A stretch of DNA of 64,000 nucleotides, taken from Bacteroidota bacterium. GTDB taxonomy: Bacteria; Bacteroidota; Ignavibacteria; Palsa-1295. The notes under the pieces were generated by a model, which was not told the DNA's origin, ran no database searches, and was given only the letters and a program-made list of their open reading frames with translations. The stretch is from assembly GCA_030706745.1 (NCBI GenBank), contig JAUZNX010000006.1:140998-204997 (forward strand), read 5' to 3'. The translations under genes were made by a program, and so were the position numbers. This document shows, in pieces, positions 60,518 through 64,000 of the stretch. Position 1 is the stretch's first letter; each line of letters begins with the position of its first letter.

Positions 60518-60991
60518 ATGCAATACTGGCTCTTAAAATCCGACGCTGAATCGTACTCGATCGACGACCTGAAACGCGACAAGACGACCGCCTGGACGGG
60601 CGTGCGCAATTACCAGGCCCGCAACTACATGCGGGACCAGATGAAGCCGGGCGACATGGCGCTGTTCTATCACTCGAATATGGGTAGCGGCAGTAATGCC
60701 TCTCGACCGGGCATCGTCGGTATTTGTGAGATTGCGAGCACGTCAATCCCCGACGAGACTGCCTTCGACCCGAAGGACTCCCACTTCGATCCCAAAGCGA
60801 CTGAGGCGAATCCGATCTGGTGCGCCGTCGAGGTGAAGTACGTCAAACACCTGAAGGAACCGATCTCGATCGACGAGCTTCGAAAGACTAAGGGACTCGA
60901 GAAGATGGTCATCCTCCAAAAAGGCTCGCGGCTTTCGATCACACCGGTGACCGAGAAGGAATGGAAGATCATAGAACCTAGATTACGCTGA
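60518..60991 (+). CDS. EVE (PUA-like) domain protein
   Basis: MQYWLLKSDAESYSIDDLKRDKTTAWTGVRNYQARNYMRD is the EVE-domain signature. Confidence 0.7.
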   Translation: MQYWLLKSDAESYSIDDLKRDKTTAWTGVRNYQARNYMRDQMKPGDMALFYHSNMGSGSNASRPGIVGICEIASTSIPDETAFDPKDSHFDPKATEANPIWCAVEVKYVKHLKEPISIDELRKTKGLEKMVILQKGSRLSITPVTEKEWKIIEPRLR

Positions 60992-61028
60992 TTTGGCGGA
61001 TTGCGCAGATAGATTCTTCAGATTGTAT

Positions 61029-62108
61029 CTATTTCCTCTGCGCCATCCGCTTCATCTCCAGTAACACCCGCTCCATATCCTCCGGCAGAGGCGCTGACCA
61101 CTCCATCCGCTCGCCGGTCGTGGGATGATTCAGGCGTAGCGACCGAGCATGTAATGCCTGACGGGGAAAGTCCGACAAGAGATGCTCGATTTTCGACTTC
61201 CACTGCGGAATATCCTGCCGCATGACATTCATCGCTCGGCCACCGTATGTCACGTCCCCAAACACCGGATGCCCGATATGCTGCATGTGAACACGGATCT
61301 GGTGCGTGCGGCCTGTCTGCAAGCGGAGCTCGACGAGAGAGAATCCAAGATACTCCTCGAGGACGGCATAGTCGGTAATTGCGATCTTGCCGCCTCCCCC
61401 CTCCTTCTCTTTTAGATAGAGTGGAGCTTCATTAATTACCGCAAAGCGCTTTCGGTCGCGTGGGTGCCGGCCAATCAACGTCTCGATACGGCCCGCGCGC
61501 TCCTTGAAGATACCCCAGACGATCGCGTTATATGTCCGCTGTGCGGTGTGCAAAAAAAACTGCCGCGCAAGGTTACGATGCGCCTCTTCTGTCTTTGCAA
61601 CTACGAGCAAGCCCGACGTGTCCTTGTCCAACCGATGCACGATCCCGGGCCGCTCGGGCTCGCTCGATGGATACCCCTTGCGAAATTCCTTAATATGATG
61701 CAGCAGTGCATTGACCAAGGTACCGGTTGCATGCCCATGTGCCGGATGCACGACCATGCCTGCGGGCTTATTGATAATCAGCAGCGTTTCATCTTCGAAA
61801 ATAATATCGAGCGCGATGTCCTCCGCCTCGGCCTGCATGGGCGGTGGCCGGGGAATCGTAATCTGAAACAAATCACCGCCTCGGACCTTGTACGAAGGCT
61901 TGTCTAAGACTTGTCCATTGACAAGAACTGCTCCCGCCGCAATCGCGCTTTGAATCTTGCTCCGCGAACTGTTCGCGATCTGTCGGGAAAGATACTGATC
62001 GACGCGCTCGGGATGTTCGCCCCTCGGAGCAGCAATCTCGATCGTTCGCGATGTCGAAGGTAGACTTGAGCGATACTCGTCCGAAGGAATTCCTTCGGTG
62101 GCATTCAT
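61029..62108 (-). CDS. rluD: RluA-family pseudouridine synthase (RluD-like, with S4 domain)
   Basis: HRLDKDTSGLLVVAKT catalytic motif. S4-like N-terminus. Confidence 0.85.
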   Translation of the reverse strand: MNATEGIPSDEYRSSLPSTSRTIEIAAPRGEHPERVDQYLSRQIANSSRSKIQSAIAAGAVLVNGQVLDKPSYKVRGGDLFQITIPRPPPMQAEAEDIALDIIFEDETLLIINKPAGMVVHPAHGHATGTLVNALLHHIKEFRKGYPSSEPERPGIVHRLDKDTSGLLVVAKTEEAHRNLARQFFLHTAQRTYNAIVWGIFKERAGRIETLIGRHPRDRKRFAVINEAPLYLKEKEGGGGKIAITDYAVLEEYLGFSLVELRLQTGRTHQIRVHMQHIGHPVFGDVTYGGRAMNVMRQDIPQWKSKIEHLLSDFPRQALHARSLRLNHPTTGERMEWSAPLPEDMERVLLEMKRMAQRK

Positions 62109-62728
62109 GGCGCGGAAGACTCAGCGGCCTCGGAGTGTGATTCTCTGGCCTCAGGTTCATTAGGTTTCGATTCCATCGGGAGCGGCTCGCCTTCAGCAAC
62201 AATTGATTCCGGTTGCGAAGGTTTATGGCGCATGAGCAGAAGGATCAGGAGCCCAACACCAATCGTGACCGATGAGTCGGCGACGTTAAAAACAGGAAAC
62301 CAGTTGCGGTGATAGCCGAAGTCAACAAAATCGACCACGCGACCATAAAAGAGTGATTGCTCGTGATAGATAACACCATAGAAGACGCGGTCAATCAGAT
62401 TGCCTACAGCACCACCCAGAATGAGCGCAAGCGCGACGCGCTCGCTTGTGCGCAACCGTTCCAGATTGTGCTTCAAATACCAGAGGATCGCAATGGAGGC
62501 AACGATGGAAAATACCGCGAAGACAACCTTAAACCCAGGAATGCTAATGCCAAACGCGATACCAGCATTCTCGATATAGGTAATCCGAACGATATCGTCA
62601 ATAAACGGAATCGAGCTTCCATACCGCATTCCCGGGAATGGGAGTACACTCCACGGCGAACCCTTCACGAGCAGCTTCGTCAGCTGATCGAAAATAACGA
62701 CGATAACTGTGATCCAGAGAACGGCCAT
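62105..62728 (-). CDS. lspA: Lipoprotein signal peptidase II
   Basis: ...FNVADSSVTIGV... Four TM segments. ATGA overlap with rluD. Confidence 0.85.
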   Translation of the reverse strand: MAVLWITVIVVIFDQLTKLLVKGSPWSVLPFPGMRYGSSIPFIDDIVRITYIENAGIAFGISIPGFKVVFAVFSIVASIAILWYLKHNLERLRTSERVALALILGGAVGNLIDRVFYGVIYHEQSLFYGRVVDFVDFGYHRNWFPVFNVADSSVTIGVGLLILLLMRHKPSQPESIVAEGEPLPMESKPNEPEARESHSEAAESSAP

Positions 62729-62809
62729 GTGTCAGTACGAATGCCAAGTCAGTCAGGGCCAAGCACCGAAATGAAAAAGGTCAGGACTTGGTGTAAACGC
62801 ACAAATCCC

Positions 62810-63793
62810 TTATTCGATATTCGCTGCGGGCTCTTCCATTTCGCGCTGACCGCTTTCGGCAGGACGACGTGTGTTTGTGCGGTTCTTGCAGTCCACATGC
62901 TTCTGCGTGATCGGCACTGCCTGGAGGCGTTGCTTCTCGATCAGGCCGCCGCAAATGACGCAAATCCCGTACGTTCCACGGTCGATGCGTTCGATGGCCT
63001 CGTCAAGCTTCTTGATGTAGTCGCTTGTCCGTTGCGCGTGAAGAAAGGTCTTTTCCCGCTCGATGGCATCCGTACCTTGTTCGGCCGTGTGCAACGAATA
63101 CGTCTGATTGTCAGCTTCAAACTCGCCGGATGTGTCGAGAATATTCTGACTCAGAATATCAAATTCTTCGCGCGCCTCGAGCTGTTGCTCAAGGATTAGC
63201 TTGCGAAATTGATCGAGGTCCTTCGTACTGTAGCGTTCCTTCGCGGTGGCGAGAATCTCGGCATCGTCCGCACGAAGTCGCATGGCCGGGGCAGACTTCG
63301 TCGCTGGCTGGACAAGTCCACCGCCTGGTGCAATTTCTTTTGGGGTCACTTTTGATGTTGGCATTCCTGAATTTCTGTTCTTGCTTTTGGCGTTACCTTT
63401 GGCTCCGCCCATTACTGGCGGAACTGCGCCGTTCGAGCGCACCGCCGTCTTGATCGCGGCCGGACTAGCGGCCTTGGCAACTACTCTCTTGGCAATTTTC
63501 GAACCCGCGCCGGCTTTTGATGGGGGTTTTGGAGCAGTTTTTTTGCTCACACTTGTTTTACCGCGACTTGCGATCGTTGCGACTTTCCGCGAAACAGCCT
63601 TAATCACCTTCTTTACGACTGTTTTCGCCGAAGATTTCTTCGATGTGGCAGTGACGGACCGGGAAGCCTTCGAAGCTCCTTTCGGCATTGCCTTCATCGT
63701 TGGTTTCGCGGCCTTCGCCTTGATAGCCCGTTTGACGGGCTTCGCCGCAGGTTTCGCGGCTTGTCCCCGTTTCAGTTTGCTCGATTTCGCCAT
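62810..63793 (-). CDS. DksA/TraR-family zinc-finger protein with about 150-aa Lys/Ala-rich histone-H1-like N-terminal extension
   Basis: C-terminal GTYGICVICGG...KHVDC. N-terminal AKPAAKPVKRAIKAKAAKP... low-complexity basic repeats. Confidence 0.65.
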   Translation of the reverse strand: MAKSSKLKRGQAAKPAAKPVKRAIKAKAAKPTMKAMPKGASKASRSVTATSKKSSAKTVVKKVIKAVSRKVATIASRGKTSVSKKTAPKPPSKAGAGSKIAKRVVAKAASPAAIKTAVRSNGAVPPVMGGAKGNAKSKNRNSGMPTSKVTPKEIAPGGGLVQPATKSAPAMRLRADDAEILATAKERYSTKDLDQFRKLILEQQLEAREEFDILSQNILDTSGEFEADNQTYSLHTAEQGTDAIEREKTFLHAQRTSDYIKKLDEAIERIDRGTYGICVICGGLIEKQRLQAVPITQKHVDCKNRTNTRRPAESGQREMEEPAANIE

Positions 63794-64000
63794 AGAATTG
63801 TAGAAAACGGTCGTTTTTTAAAACGGATGAGTCAAAACACACGGGTGCCCGAAAGAATCCGAAATACTGAGGTCAAAATTGGTGGAATGCTTCATCAATA
63901 TCAGAGACTTGATAGATCCACCCCGCTCGAAGCATCCAACTCTCGCGCCGAGAAAGGTAGGCAGAGTAATCGCTCGGTGGCTTCTCACCTTCGAGTCTTG

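Overview
This 64-kb window comes from a moderately high-GC (about 57–60%) chromosome of a bacterium in the FCB group (Bacteroidota, Rhodothermota, Ignavibacteriota or similar). That placement rests on at least three secreted proteins that end in T9SS-type C-terminal sorting domains, on the many lipoproteins, and on a Bacteroidetes-like housekeeping complement. The housekeeping genes I recognise are clpC, rpsO–pnp (with a long leader hairpin), gyrB-family, obg, lspA–rluD, a DksA/TraR-like gene, a mutT–mutY–ogg2 'GO system' cluster, an sdhA-like flavoprotein, an NtrC-type regulator, an ECF sigma factor, a SulP transporter, a LolC/E-like permease and a cfa-family methyltransferase.

Three regions look accessory or recently acquired. 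(i) At about 34.1–40.8 kb there is a lower-GC island carrying a complete Gabija-type two-gene defence module, an OLD-family ATPase+TOPRIM nuclease GajA followed by a UvrD-like helicase GajB. Immediately downstream lies a Fic-family gene bracketed by a pair of roughly 120–145-nt direct repeats, a 12-nt in-frame tandem repeat at its 5' end, two long perfect palindromes, and an orphan AbrB/MazE-fold gene. (ii) At 19.7–20.7 kb there is a 'mobile mystery protein A/B' (HTH + Fic) pair with an AT-rich flank. (iii) At 5.8–7.9 kb there is a tightly packed tandem array of four paralogous small secreted or membrane proteins of a family I cannot name.

The most unusual non-coding signal is a roughly 175-nt conserved element, about 88–95% identical, present in the same orientation at the start of the 5' leaders of two unrelated genes: the sdhA-like gene and the ECF sigma gene. 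Each copy is preceded by a TATA-like -10 box, and each sits at the border of one of the acquired islands. A second repeat family, long imperfect hairpins built from GTGGATAGT units, occurs downstream of sdhA and in the rpsO–pnp intergenic leader.

I recognised no rRNA, tRNA or CRISPR array. Start codons in the ORF track include GTG and TTG shown as M, so several 5' ends are uncertain by tens of nucleotides. I also found one apparent off-by-one between the printed sequence and the ORF track near 6.3 kb, so small coordinate tolerances apply.
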